64,000 bases of DNA from an uncultured delta proteobacterium (lineage in GTDB: Bacteria; Desulfobacterota; Deferrimicrobia; Deferrimicrobiales; Deferrimicrobiaceae). Both the position numbers and the translations under genes were made by a program. The number at the start of each line of letters is the position of its first letter. Positions within the stretch are counted from its first letter, which is position 1. Shown here one piece after another: positions 27,242 to 36,790 of the stretch. The notes beneath the pieces were generated by a model. The model had not been told where the DNA came from. It saw only the letters and a program-made list of their open reading frames with translations, and ran no database searches. The DNA lies in NCBI GenBank assembly GCA_963811025.1, contig CAWEPX010000006.1, positions 50,897-114,896 on the forward strand. Direction: 5' to 3'.

Positions 27242-28336
27242 ATGCGTTTTCCCCACCCGGAGTTCATGCGTCTGGCCCTCCGCCTCGCCCGCAGGGGGGC
27301 GGGCAGGACGTCGCCGAACCCGGCTGTCGGGGCGGTTTTGGTGAAACGAGGAAAGGTGGTGGGGGCGGGATATCACCGTGCCGCGGGAATGCCGCATGCG
27401 GAAGTGGAGGCCCTCCGGGAGGCGGGAGCGGCCGCCCGCGGGGCGGACCTGTACGTGACCCTGGAGCCGTGCGCCCATACGGGCCGCACGGCTCCTTGCA
27501 CGGAGGCGATCATCGAGGCCGGCGTGAAACGGGTAGCGGCAGGCATGCAGGACCCGAATCCGCTCGTCGCCGGGAAGGGGTTCCGGTCCCTGCGAACGGC
27601 CGGCATCCCGGTTGTCTGCGGAGTGATGGAGAAGGAGGCGAGTTCCCTTAACCGGGGCTACTGCCGATGGGTGGTATCCGGCAGGCCGTTCGTCACCCTG
27701 AAGCTTGCCGTTTCTCTCGACGGGCAGATCGCCGCCGCCTCGGGGGAATCCCGGTGGATAAGCGGCGAGCCCGCGCGTAAGATGGTCCACAGAATGCGTT
27801 CGGAAGCGGATGCCGTTCTGGTAGGGGGAAGAACGTTCCGGCGGGACGCCCCGCGGCTCACCTCGAGAATACGGGGGGGAAGGAACCCGAGAAGGGTGAT
27901 CGTTACCTCGAGGGCTACCGGCCTGGCCCGAATCGGACGGTTCCCGGAAACGGGAGGGGAGGTCATCGTCGCGGCTCCACGGAGCGTTTCCCGGGAGAGG
28001 GCGGAACAGCTTCGATCTCTCGGGATCCGGCTCCTCCTCCTGCCGGCGCGGAAGGGGCGGATCGAGGCAGGTGCGTTCCTCGACGCCCTGGGAAGGGAGG
28101 GGGTCACCTCCCTTCTCGCGGAAGGAGGAGGTGAAACGGCGGGGTGGCTCATCGAGGCCGGCGCAGTGGACCGGTACGTGGTGTTCATCGCCCCGCTTCT
28201 ACTGGGGGAGGGAATTCGGTCGGTCGCCGGGTTTTCGGCACGCCGGGTAAACGAGGGGAGACATCTGGTCATCACGAAGGCCGTGAGGGCGGGAGGCGAC
28301 GTCATGATCGTCGCGGAGCCCGTCCCTAAGGTTTGA
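27242..28336 (+). CDS. ribD: bifunctional diaminohydroxyphosphoribosylaminopyrimidine deaminase / 5-amino-6-(5-phosphoribosylamino)uracil reductase
   Basis: ...[50 protein letters not shown]...YVTLEPCAHTGRTAPC...KLAVSLDGQIA...WISG. Confidence 0.92.
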   Translation: MRFPHPEFMRLALRLARRGAGRTSPNPAVGAVLVKRGKVVGAGYHRAAGMPHAEVEALREAGAAARGADLYVTLEPCAHTGRTAPCTEAIIEAGVKRVAAGMQDPNPLVAGKGFRSLRTAGIPVVCGVMEKEASSLNRGYCRWVVSGRPFVTLKLAVSLDGQIAAASGESRWISGEPARKMVHRMRSEADAVLVGGRTFRRDAPRLTSRIRGGRNPRRVIVTSRATGLARIGRFPETGGEVIVAAPRSVSRERAEQLRSLGIRLLLLPARKGRIEAGAFLDALGREGVTSLLAEGGGETAGWLIEAGAVDRYVVFIAPLLLGEGIRSVAGFSARRVNEGRHLVITKAVRAGGDVMIVAEPVPKV

Positions 28337-28342
28337 GGGGAT

Positions 28343-28978
28343 ATGTTTTCCGGTATCGTCGAAGATGTGGGGACCGTCGTTTCAGCGGTTTCCCGGGCCA
28401 CGGGCATCCTGCTGGGGGTATCCACCGGAATCCCCCTGGAGGAGGTCCGCGTCGGGGATTCCCTCTCGGTATCCGGGGTGTGCCTGTCGGTTGTCGAAAA
28501 GAGGAAGGGGACGTTCTTCGCGGAGGTTTCCGAGGAAACGATTTCCCGGACAACGTTACGGACGCTTGCCGCGGGATCGCGGGTGAACCTGGAACGTTCC
28601 CTCTCCCTTTCCGGGCGTCTCGACGGTCACCTGGTGTACGGGCACATCGACGGGATCGGGACAGTTCGCGACGTCCGTCACGCGGGCCGGAGCCGGGTAT
28701 TTCATATCCGGACCGATCCTTCTATAATGAAATACGTTGTTTTCAAGGGAGCCGTGGCCGTGGACGGGGTGAGCCTTACGGTCAGTTCCGTTCGTCCGGA
28801 GGGATTCGAAGTCACCCTGATCCCCCTGACTCTGGCACGGACAACGTTCGATCGTCTGCGTCCGGGAGAAGGGGTCAACGTGGAGGCGGACATCATCGGG
28901 AAATACGTTCTCAAGTACCTTGAAGGTCGGGGAGGCGGTATCTCCTTGGATTTCCTTAAAAATCAGGGGTATGCGTAG
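28343..28978 (+). CDS. ribE: riboflavin synthase (alpha chain)
   Basis: MFSGIVEDVGTVVSAV...GDSLSVSGVCLSVVEK...FFAEVSEETISRTTL...NLERSL...GHLVYGHIDGIGTV...KGAVAVDGVSLTV. B. subtilis gene nomenclature used. Confidence 0.92.
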   Translation: MFSGIVEDVGTVVSAVSRATGILLGVSTGIPLEEVRVGDSLSVSGVCLSVVEKRKGTFFAEVSEETISRTTLRTLAAGSRVNLERSLSLSGRLDGHLVYGHIDGIGTVRDVRHAGRSRVFHIRTDPSIMKYVVFKGAVAVDGVSLTVSSVRPEGFEVTLIPLTLARTTFDRLRPGEGVNVEADIIGKYVLKYLEGRGGGISLDFLKNQGYA

Positions 28979-30200
28979 AAAGGCTGTCGACAGGATGATG
29001 CTTTCGAAGATCGAGGAGGCCCTCGAAGACATTCGGGCGGGGAAGATGATCATTCTCGTCGACGACGAGGACCGGGAAAACGAGGGAGACCTCACGATAG
29101 CGGCCGACCACGTCTCGCCCGAGGCGATCAACTTCATGGCACGGCACGGGCGGGGGCTCATCTGTCTCAGCATCACGGAGGAGCGGGCCAGGCAGCTCCA
29201 TCTTCCGCCCATGGTCCAGGATAACTCCTCCCCGTTCGGGACCGCCTTCACGGTTTCCATCGAGGCGCGCAAAGGCGTCACCACGGGAATATCGGCGCAC
29301 GACCGGGCGACCACCATCCGGGTGGCGATTGCGCCGAACGCCCGGCCCGAGGACCTCCTGCGCCCCGGCCACGTGTTTCCCGTCGTGGCAAGGAAAGGCG
29401 GCGTCCTCGTGCGGACGGGGCAGACCGAGGGGTCCGTGGATCTGGCCCGCTTCGCGGGGTGCACTCCCGCGGGCGTCATCTGCGAGGTCATGAACGAGGA
29501 CGGGACGATGGCCCGTGTGCCCGATCTGCTAAGGTTCGCGACCGAGCACGGCCTGAAGATCGCCTCTATCCGTGATCTCGTCGAGTTCCGCATGCACCGG
29601 GAGCGGCTGGTCAAACGGGTGGGAGAGACCCACATGCCCATCCAGGCCGGCGGGGAATTCACCGCGATCGCCTACCGGAACACGATGAACGGCGACACCC
29701 ACATCGCCATGGTCAAGGGGGAAATCCGTCCCGACGCCCCGGTCCTCGTCCGCGTGCATTCCGAGTGCCTGACGGGGGACGTGTTCGGATCGATCCGGTG
29801 CGACTGCGGGGAACAGCTCCGAAGCGCATTGCGGAAGATAGAGGACGAGGGTGCGGGGATCCTCCTCTACATGAGGCAGGAAGGGCGGGGGATCGGGTTG
29901 GAGAACAAGATTCGCGCCTACCAGCTTCAGGACAAGGGATTCGACACGGTCCAGGCGAACCAGCGACTCGGCTTCAAGCCGGACCTGCGCGACTATGGGG
30001 TAGGGGCCCAGATTCTCGTCGATCTCGGTGTCCGGGAGATCCGGCTGCTCACGAACAACCCGAAAAAGATCATCGGGCTCGAGGGATACGGGTTGCGGGT
30101 GGTCGAGCGGGTCCCCGTCGAGGTTTCCCCCAACGACGAGAACGTAGATTACCTGAAGACCAAGAAGAAGAAAATGGGGCACATCCTGAGCGTGGAATAG
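28971..30200 (+). CDS. ribBA: bifunctional 3,4-dihydroxy-2-butanone-4-phosphate synthase / GTP cyclohydrolase II
   Basis: ...[54 protein letters not shown]... then ...[24 protein letters not shown]...[36 protein letters not shown] 28971 overlaps the ribE stop. ATG 28995 is an alternative start. Confidence 0.9.
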   Translation: MRRKAVDRMMLSKIEEALEDIRAGKMIILVDDEDRENEGDLTIAADHVSPEAINFMARHGRGLICLSITEERARQLHLPPMVQDNSSPFGTAFTVSIEARKGVTTGISAHDRATTIRVAIAPNARPEDLLRPGHVFPVVARKGGVLVRTGQTEGSVDLARFAGCTPAGVICEVMNEDGTMARVPDLLRFATEHGLKIASIRDLVEFRMHRERLVKRVGETHMPIQAGGEFTAIAYRNTMNGDTHIAMVKGEIRPDAPVLVRVHSECLTGDVFGSIRCDCGEQLRSALRKIEDEGAGILLYMRQEGRGIGLENKIRAYQLQDKGFDTVQANQRLGFKPDLRDYGVGAQILVDLGVREIRLLTNNPKKIIGLEGYGLRVVERVPVEVSPNDENVDYLKTKKKKMGHILSVE

Positions 30201-30210
30201 AGGAGGGGAG

Positions 30211-30672
30211 ATGGTGCGGACAGTCGAGGGCGACCTCCAGGGGCAGGGCCTGAAAGTAGCGATCGTGGTCTCGCGGTTCAACAGTTTCATCACGGACCGC
30301 CTGATGGAGGGAGCACTGGACGCGCTCCGCCGGCACGGCGTCCAGGAAAAGGACATCACCCTGGTGAAAGTCCCCGGCTCCTTTGAGCTGCCTCTGGGAG
30401 TGCGCCGCGCGTCCTCGGGAAAGGTCGACGCGGTGATCGCACTCGGGGCGCTCATCCGTGGCGGGACGCCGCACTTCGACTATCTGAGCGCCGAGGTTAC
30501 GAAGGGGATTGCGCAGGTGATGCTCGACTCGGGTGTTCCGGTCTCCTTCGGCGTGCTTACGACCGACACCGTGGAGCAGGCGATCGAGAGGGCGGGGACC
30601 AAGGGGGGGAACAAGGGATTCGAGGCGGCCCTGTCCGCGATCGAGATGGCGAAGCTCCTGCGCCAGATGTAA
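30211..30672 (+). CDS. ribH: 6,7-dimethyl-8-ribityllumazine synthase
   Basis: ...[30 protein letters not shown]...[11 protein letters not shown]...[31 protein letters not shown]...[28 protein letters not shown]. Confidence 0.93.
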   Translation: MVRTVEGDLQGQGLKVAIVVSRFNSFITDRLMEGALDALRRHGVQEKDITLVKVPGSFELPLGVRRASSGKVDAVIALGALIRGGTPHFDYLSAEVTKGIAQVMLDSGVPVSFGVLTTDTVEQAIERAGTKGGNKGFEAALSAIEMAKLLRQM

Positions 30673-30700
30673 CGGCCTGAGGAGTTGGGGGCGAAGGAGA

Positions 30701-31111
30701 TTGCGCCGAGAATCTCGGGAAAAGGTCTTTCAAACGCTGTTCATGATGGATTTCCTGGGGGTTGGCCCGGACGAGGCTATCCCCCTTTTTGCATTGGTGT
30801 CCGCTCCTCCCCCGGACGCGGAATATTACGAAATGACGGTACGGGGAGTCTGGGAACACCGGACGGCGATCGACGCCCTGCTCCGCCAGGCGACGGAGAA
30901 CTGGCGGCTGGAGAGGATGACGCTTGTCGACAGGAACATCCTTCGGCTGGGAGCTTACGAAATCTGCCGATCCCGTGACATCCCGTTCGTTGTGGCGATC
31001 AACGAGGCGGTCGACATCGGAAAGCGGTTCGGATCGGAGGAGTCCGGGGCGTTCATCAACGGAATCCTGGACCGGATCTCGGAAATCACGAATAAAAAGG
31101 TGGCACCGTGA
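30701..31111 (+). CDS. nusB: transcription antitermination factor NusB
   Basis: TTG 30701 after AAGGAG. (M)[17 protein letters not shown]...[42 protein letters not shown]...[34 protein letters not shown]. ribH-nusB synteny. Confidence 0.85.
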   Translation: MRRESREKVFQTLFMMDFLGVGPDEAIPLFALVSAPPPDAEYYEMTVRGVWEHRTAIDALLRQATENWRLERMTLVDRNILRLGAYEICRSRDIPFVVAINEAVDIGKRFGSEESGAFINGILDRISEITNKKVAP

Positions 31112-33682
31112 GATATCAACCGAAGGACATAGAGAAGAAGTGGCAGAAGCGATGGGATGAGGATGGTATTTTCCGGTGCCCGGATGCAATCACCGCTCCG
31201 AAATTCTACTGCCTCGAGATGTTTCCGTATCCGTCCGGCCGTATCCACATGGGACACGTCCGCGTCTACACGATCGGGGACCTCATCGCGCGGTTCAAGC
31301 GGATGCAGGGGATTTCAGGTTTTGCATCCCATCGGGTGGGATGCTTTCGGACTGCCCGCGGAAAACGCCGCGCACCGGCACGGGACCCACCCCGCAAAGT
31401 GGACCTGGGAGAACATCGGCTTCATGAAACAGCAGCTTCGGGAGCTGGGGATCTCGTACGACTGGGAGCGCGAGTTCTCCACCTGTTCCCCCGAGTATTA
31501 CCGGTGGGAGCAGTTGTTCTTCCTCTGGATGCTGGAGGACGGAATCGCGTACCGGAAGCGGGCGCAGCTCAACTGGTGCGAGGAGTGCCAGACCGTCCTT
31601 GCCAACGAGCAGGTGAACCGGGACGGGACATGCTTCATTCATGACCAGGAGCGCGTTACCCAGCGAGAGCTCGACCAGTGGTTCATCGGCACAACGAAGT
31701 ACGCGGAGGAGCTCCTAACCAGTCACGAGGAACTGCGGGGAGGGTGGCCCGACAACATACTCGAGATGCAGCGCAACTGGATCGGACGAAGCGAGGGTGC
31801 GGAAATCGACTTTCCTCTCGGGGACGGGGAGGGAAAGATCACCGTGTTCACGACGCGTCCCGACACGGTGTATGGGGCCACGTTCATGAGCATGGCGCCT
31901 GAACACCCGCTCGTCCTCGCGTTCGCCCGGAAGGCGGGGCGGGAGGCAGAGGTGGGGGAATTCGTCCGGCGGGTCGCACAGCAGGACAGGATCGCGCGGT
32001 CCGGCGAGGAGGCGGAAAAGGAGGGGATCTTTACGGGAGGACTCTGCAAAAACCCGATGACCGGGAACATGATCCCGATATACGCAGCCAATTTCGTTCT
32101 GTACGAATACGGAACCGGGGCCGTGATGGCGGTGCCGGCACACGATCAGCGGGATTTCGAGTTCGCGGGGAAGTACGGACTTCCCGTCAAGGTCGTCATC
32201 CAGCCCGAGGGGGAGGAGCTGTTCCCCGGAACGATGACCTGCGCCTACGAAGGACCGGGGCGAATGGTCGACTCCGGTCCGTTCACCGGCCTCCCCGACG
32301 AGGAAGGGAAGAGGAGGATCACGGCGTACTTCGAAGAGAAGGGGATTGGGAAAGGGAAGGTCCAGTACCGCTTGCGTGATTGGGGGGTGAGCCGGCAGCG
32401 GTACTGGGGTTGCCCCATTCCGGTCATCCACTGCCAGGATTGCGGCGTCGTCCCCGTCCCTGCCAGGGACCTCCCGGTGGTCCTGCCCGAAAACCTCCCC
32501 TACACACGCGAGAAGGGAAACCCCCTGGCCGCCGCCGAGGACTGGATCCGGGTCCTCTGCCCGGCCTGCGGCGGTCCCGCCAGACGCGAGACGGACACCT
32601 TCGACACCTTCTTCGAGTCGAGCTGGTATTTCCTCCGGTACATCGACCCGAAGAACGACAAGGCTCCGCTCGACCCGGAAAAGATGCGCAACTGGATGCC
32701 CGTGGACCAGTACATCGGAGGTGTGGAGCACGCGTGCATGCACCTCATCTACGCCCGGTTTTTCCATAAGTATCTGCGGGACCGCGGGATCGCCCACGGG
32801 AACGAACCGTTCCGCCGGCTCCTGTCCCAGGGGATGGTGTGCATGCAGACGATGGAATGTCCGAAGCACGGATGGCGGTATCCGGAGGAGGTCGACGAGG
32901 AAGGGAAGTGCAGACAGTGCGGGGAAACGGTGGATGTCGGGCGATCGATGAAGATGTCCAAGTCGAAACGCAACGTCGTGGAGCCCTCTGTACTCATCGA
33001 ACGGTACGGCGCGGACACGGCGAGGCTGTTCTCCCTCTTCGCGTCTCCCCCCGAAAAGGATCTCGACTGGAGTGAGCAGGGGGTCGAGGGGGCTTTCCGG
33101 TTCCTCAACCGGGTGTTCCGGCTGATTGCCCAGCGCAGGGAGGCGGTCACCAGGGCCGGAGGGAGGTGGGACGAATCGGCGGAGACCCGGCGGATTCGCC
33201 GGATGACACACAAGACCCTGAGGAAGGTGACCGGGGATGTGGAAGAGAGGTCCCATTTCAACACAGCTCTTTCCGCGATCATGGAGATGGTCAATTTCCT
33301 CTACCTGGTCGAGGACTCCGCCTGGGATTCCCCGGGAACGTCCCCGGCGCTCAGGGAAGCGGTCGAAATACTGCTCCTCATGCTTTCCCCCTTTGGACCC
33401 CATATAAGCGAGGAGCTCTGGGAGATGATCGGAGGGGAAGGACTGGTTTCGTCCCGGGCGTGGCCCGGGTTTGACGCGGAGGTGGCACGGGCGGAGGAGA
33501 TCCTCGTGGTCGTGCAGATCAACGGGAAGCTGCGGTCTCGGATTACCGTGGACGCAGGAGCGACAGAGGAGGAGATCCGGTCGATGGTCATGGCCGACCC
33601 CCGCGTACTCGAATACACGGAAGGGAAGAAAATACGGAAAATGGTATACGTCCCCAGGAAGCTCGTGAGCATCGTCGTCTAG
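31108..33682 (+). CDS. leuS: leucyl-tRNA synthetase (one apparent +1 frameshift in the GGGG run at 31308-31311)
   Basis: GTG 31108 overlaps the nusB TGA. Frame 1: (M)[24 protein letters not shown]...[37 protein letters not shown]. Frame 2: [20 protein letters not shown]...[10 protein letters not shown]... Removing one G gives [22 protein letters not shown]. Confidence 0.92.
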
Positions 33683-33686
33683 ACCC

Positions 33687-34289
33687 ATGAGTCCGGGCCT
33701 GACATCCCCCGGGGGGAATCCGGGAATCGTTTCCCGCGATACCGCGCGCAGAGGTCGCATTCTCTCGGTTGCGTATCGCGCCGGCTGGGGGTTCTTACTT
33801 CTCCTTTTCCTTTTTCCCCACGCGTGCGGTTACCGGCTCCAGGGCAAAGCAGGGTCCCGGTTCAGCGATCCGGGGATCCGGGTGGACCTGCGCCCCTTTG
33901 CGAACGAATCCCTCGTCCCGGACGGGGGGGCGTACCTCGCGGCCCGTCTGCGGGACGAGATGCGCTTAAAAGGATTCCGGGGGAGCTTCGGGCGAAGCCA
34001 GGCCGATTACGTTGTCGAGGGGACGGTTCGGGAGATCCGCGAGGAGGTGTTCTCACACGGGAAGGATGAGTATGCTCTCGAATACCGTATGACGGTCTCC
34101 GTGGATATACGGGTCGTCGAGATCAAGCAGGGACGGCTTCTCTGGAAGGAGGAAGGGCTCACCGATGCCGCATCCTTCTACGCCGGTCCCAACTTCCAAT
34201 ACACGGAGTCCAACCGCCGCATGGCGTTCGAGGAGATTTGCCGGCGGCTTGCCCGCAGGATCGGCGAGACCCTGAGGGAGACGCTGTGA
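33687..34289 (+). CDS. lptE: LPS-assembly lipoprotein LptE
   Basis: Lipobox-like LFLFPHAC followed by GYRLQG. ...RPFANESLVPDGGAYLAARLRDEM...DYVVEGTVREIREEVFSH...EYRMTVSVDIRVVE. Classic leuS-lptE-holA synteny. The N-terminal extension before the lipobox is long, so the start is uncertain. Confidence 0.75.
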   Translation: MSPGLTSPGGNPGIVSRDTARRGRILSVAYRAGWGFLLLLFLFPHACGYRLQGKAGSRFSDPGIRVDLRPFANESLVPDGGAYLAARLRDEMRLKGFRGSFGRSQADYVVEGTVREIREEVFSHGKDEYALEYRMTVSVDIRVVEIKQGRLLWKEEGLTDAASFYAGPNFQYTESNRRMAFEEICRRLARRIGETLRETL

Positions 34290-35242
34290 GGGGATCCTCC
34301 GTTCGTTCCGTTTTCGGTTCCTGGATGAGGGAAGAGCAGGCGCCCGCATACGTCCTGGGGGGAGAGGGAGCCAGACTCTCGGAAATGGTTGCGCAAGGGT
34401 TGGTGTCCCGGTTCCGGAAGGAAGGGGAAACGGTGGAACTTGTCCACTGGAACGTCGCGGACCTGGAACGGGAGTCTCCCGACGCGGCATGGCGGTCCCC
34501 CTCGTTCTTCTTCCGGTGGCGGGTGTTTCTCCTCCCCGATGCGGGGGAGTGGAAACAGGGACCACGCAAGGAGATTTTGAAGTATCTCGAGTCCCCCGAT
34601 CCTTCCGTCCTGCTCGTGGTCCCATGTTCCGACCGCAAGGCCCGGAAGCTGTTCACATCCGTCCGCGGGATTCGATCGGCTTCCCCCGGGGAGGAGGAAG
34701 TCGTCGACGCAATGGCCGATTTTGCGGTCTCCCTGGCGGCCGAGGAGGGGAAGGCCCTGTCGGGGGACGCTGCCGTTTTTCTGGCAAGATGGGTGGGTGC
34801 GGATTTTCCCCGGTTACGGGCGGAAATGGGCAAACTGCTCTCCTTTGGGGCCTCGCGCGGGGAGATCGGGGAAGAGGAGATCCGGGAAGTGTGCGTTGCC
34901 GGGGGAGCGGTGGATCCGTTCCGCCTGGCGGACGACCTGATCTACCGAAAACGGAAAGGGTGTATCGGGAAGCTTAGGCGGTTTGCCGCCGCCGCTGAAA
35001 GCGGGGACTACCACTCCCTGGTCGGGGCGATCGCGTGGTCGGTACGGAGGAAACTGGCAGACACGGGGAGGCGCGGAACGGGAATCCCGACGCGGTCCGG
35101 AGAAGCGGGGAAGCCGTTTTCGGTCCAGAGAGGAGCGGAGATCCTTACGGCGTTGTCACGGATCGACCGGAACCTAAAAGGAGGAAGCGGCCTCACTCCC
35201 GAGCAGGTGTTCGAGATCGAGCTGCTGAAGCTTCTTGCCTGA
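34286..35242 (+). CDS. holA: DNA polymerase III delta subunit
   Basis: GTG 34286 overlaps the lptE TGA (GTGA). ...APAYVLGGEGARLSEMVAQ...PSFFFRWRVFLLPDAGEWK...LLVVPCSDRKARKLF...FLARWVGADFPRLRAEMGKLLSF...DPFRLADDL. Size and synteny are typical. Confidence 0.8.
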   Translation: MRGSSVRSVFGSWMREEQAPAYVLGGEGARLSEMVAQGLVSRFRKEGETVELVHWNVADLERESPDAAWRSPSFFFRWRVFLLPDAGEWKQGPRKEILKYLESPDPSVLLVVPCSDRKARKLFTSVRGIRSASPGEEEVVDAMADFAVSLAAEEGKALSGDAAVFLARWVGADFPRLRAEMGKLLSFGASRGEIGEEEIREVCVAGGAVDPFRLADDLIYRKRKGCIGKLRRFAAAAESGDYHSLVGAIAWSVRRKLADTGRRGTGIPTRSGEAGKPFSVQRGAEILTALSRIDRNLKGGSGLTPEQVFEIELLKLLA

Positions 35243-35252
35243 AGAGGGATTC

Positions 35253-35528
35253 TTACGCCTTGCTTGCGGCTGCCTTGTGGACGGCCCGGGAGAGCCTGGC
35301 GACCTTTCGGGCTACGTTCTTCCTGTGAAGCACTCCTTTTGACCCGGCCCGGGACAGGACGGCGACGGCCTTGGAGAGAACCTTCCCTGCCTCCTCACCG
35401 TTCTTTTTCTCCAGAACGGAACGGACTTCCTTGATGGCGGATTTCACCGAGGAGCGGACGTGACGGTTTCTCGCTCTTCGCTTCAGGCTCTGCTTGTGTC
35501 TTTTTATCGCGGACTTGATCTTGGCCAA
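35253..35528 (-). CDS. rpsT: 30S ribosomal protein S20
   Basis: TTG 35528 six nt after AGGAGG. (M)AKIKSAIKRHKQSLKRRARNRHVRSSVKSAIKEVRSVLEKKNGEEAGKVLSKAVAVLSRAGSKGVLHRKNVARKVARLSRAVHKAAASKA. Confidence 0.9.
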   Translation of the reverse strand: MAKIKSAIKRHKQSLKRRARNRHVRSSVKSAIKEVRSVLEKKNGEEAGKVLSKAVAVLSRAGSKGVLHRKNVARKVARLSRAVHKAAASKA

Positions 35529-35571
35529 CAGGTTCCTCCTGCGGGATACGAAAAATGAAGACAAAAAGAGA

Positions 35572-35600
35572 ATTTAATACGAGAAGGGAAGAAATGTCAA
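35572..35600 (-). promoter_or_regulatory. putative sigma70-type promoter of rpsT
   Basis: Minus strand reads TTGACA (35600-35595), 17 nt, TTAAAT (35577-35572), in an AT-rich patch about 45 nt upstream of the rpsT start. Confidence 0.55.
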
Positions 35601-35977
35601 AGGAAAAGAAGCAGGAGCGGGGATGCGCGCGCCGGGGCATCACGCGGGTCGAGGAGGCAAACCGGAAAAGGCGGGGATCTCCTCCGTACGAAGACGGTCC
35701 CCCTCCCCCAGGGCTTCGCATTCGGTATCCTTCGCGTTGGTGTCCTTTTGGTCGGTGGAACGGGAAAGCTCCCGAAAAAGGCTCGAGCCTGCCTTGCGAA
35801 AAGGGATTCAATGAGAAAAGGATTCTTCTCTCGTCCGAGGAGGGGAACCTCTACGTAGCGACGGGGTGCCTAAGAAACAGGCAAAATGTATAACCCGTGC
35901 AGCCGTCATGTGGGAGGATGGTTTTCCACAAGGCAATCCACAGCCTTTCCCCATTCGGTGTGGAAAGGGGGCAAAGA

Positions 35978-36751
35978 TCATTTCGTCATCTTTTTCGCTT
36001 TTTCCCAGAATAGGTCGAGTGTCGAAATGTCCGTATTCTCGATGGAACACCCTGATTCTTTTGCGATATTTTCCATCGCCTCAAATCGCCGCAAAAAGCG
36101 TTCGTTGGCCATGCCCATGGCGATCTCCGGGTTGATGCTGAGGAATCGGGCCAGATTTACCAGGGCGAAGAGGATATCCCCCAACTCGTGCTCCATCTTC
36201 ACGGGATCTCCCCCGGAAATGGCTTCTTTCAGCTCCTCCATCTCCTCCTCGACCTTCTCCATCACCTGCTCGCTGCTCTCCCAGTCGAAACCCGCGCGGG
36301 CCGCCTTTTTCGTGATCTTGGCACCCCGGAGAAGGGAGGGGAAACTCTTGGGGACGCCGCCAACGAGAGAGGAATGATTCTTGTTCTCCACGGTTCTCTT
36401 GATATGTTCCCACTGGAGGGAAACCGCTTCGGGTGTGGCGGCGATGGCCTCGGAAAAAACGTGCGGATGCCTCCGCACCATCTTCTCCGAGATGGAGTCG
36501 ATCACGTCGGTGATGTCGAACTCCCCCTGGTCGCTGGCGATCTGGGCGAGGAACAGGATCTGGAAGAGGAGATCCCCCAGTTCCTCGCGCAGCAGACCTG
36601 CATCGTTTCGAGAGATGGCGTCCACGACCTCGTGGACCTCTTCGAGCAGGTACTGCCGGAGAGAGGAATGCGACTGCGCTCGATCCCATTCGCATCCGCC
36701 CTTCCCCCTGAGGCGCGCCATGATATCCACAAGGGACTGGAAATTGCTCAT
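35978..36751 (-). CDS. mazG: nucleoside triphosphate pyrophosphohydrolase MazG
   Basis: MSNFQSLVDIMARLRGKGGCEWDRAQSHSSLRQYLLEEVHEVVDAI...LREELGDLLFQILFLAQIASD... second repeat ...EEMEELKEAI...HELGDILFALVNLARFLSINPE. The ORF-track 535-aa ORF has a spurious N-terminal extension. Confidence 0.9.
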   Translation of the reverse strand: MSNFQSLVDIMARLRGKGGCEWDRAQSHSSLRQYLLEEVHEVVDAISRNDAGLLREELGDLLFQILFLAQIASDQGEFDITDVIDSISEKMVRRHPHVFSEAIAATPEAVSLQWEHIKRTVENKNHSSLVGGVPKSFPSLLRGAKITKKAARAGFDWESSEQVMEKVEEEMEELKEAISGGDPVKMEHELGDILFALVNLARFLSINPEIAMGMANERFLRRFEAMENIAKESGCSIENTDISTLDLFWEKAKKMTK

Positions 36752-36790
36752 ATCGGTTTTTCCTCGAACCGATGATATCATACAATATTT

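Noticed and set aside
35540-35967. Chromosomal replication origin (DnaA-box-like motifs plus an AT-rich patch).
   Set aside because: No dnaA, dnaN or other origin-linked genes are nearby. Flanking genes do not diverge from this point. The AT-rich patch is explained by a good rpsT promoter. Only one of the three 9-mers fits the consensus fully.
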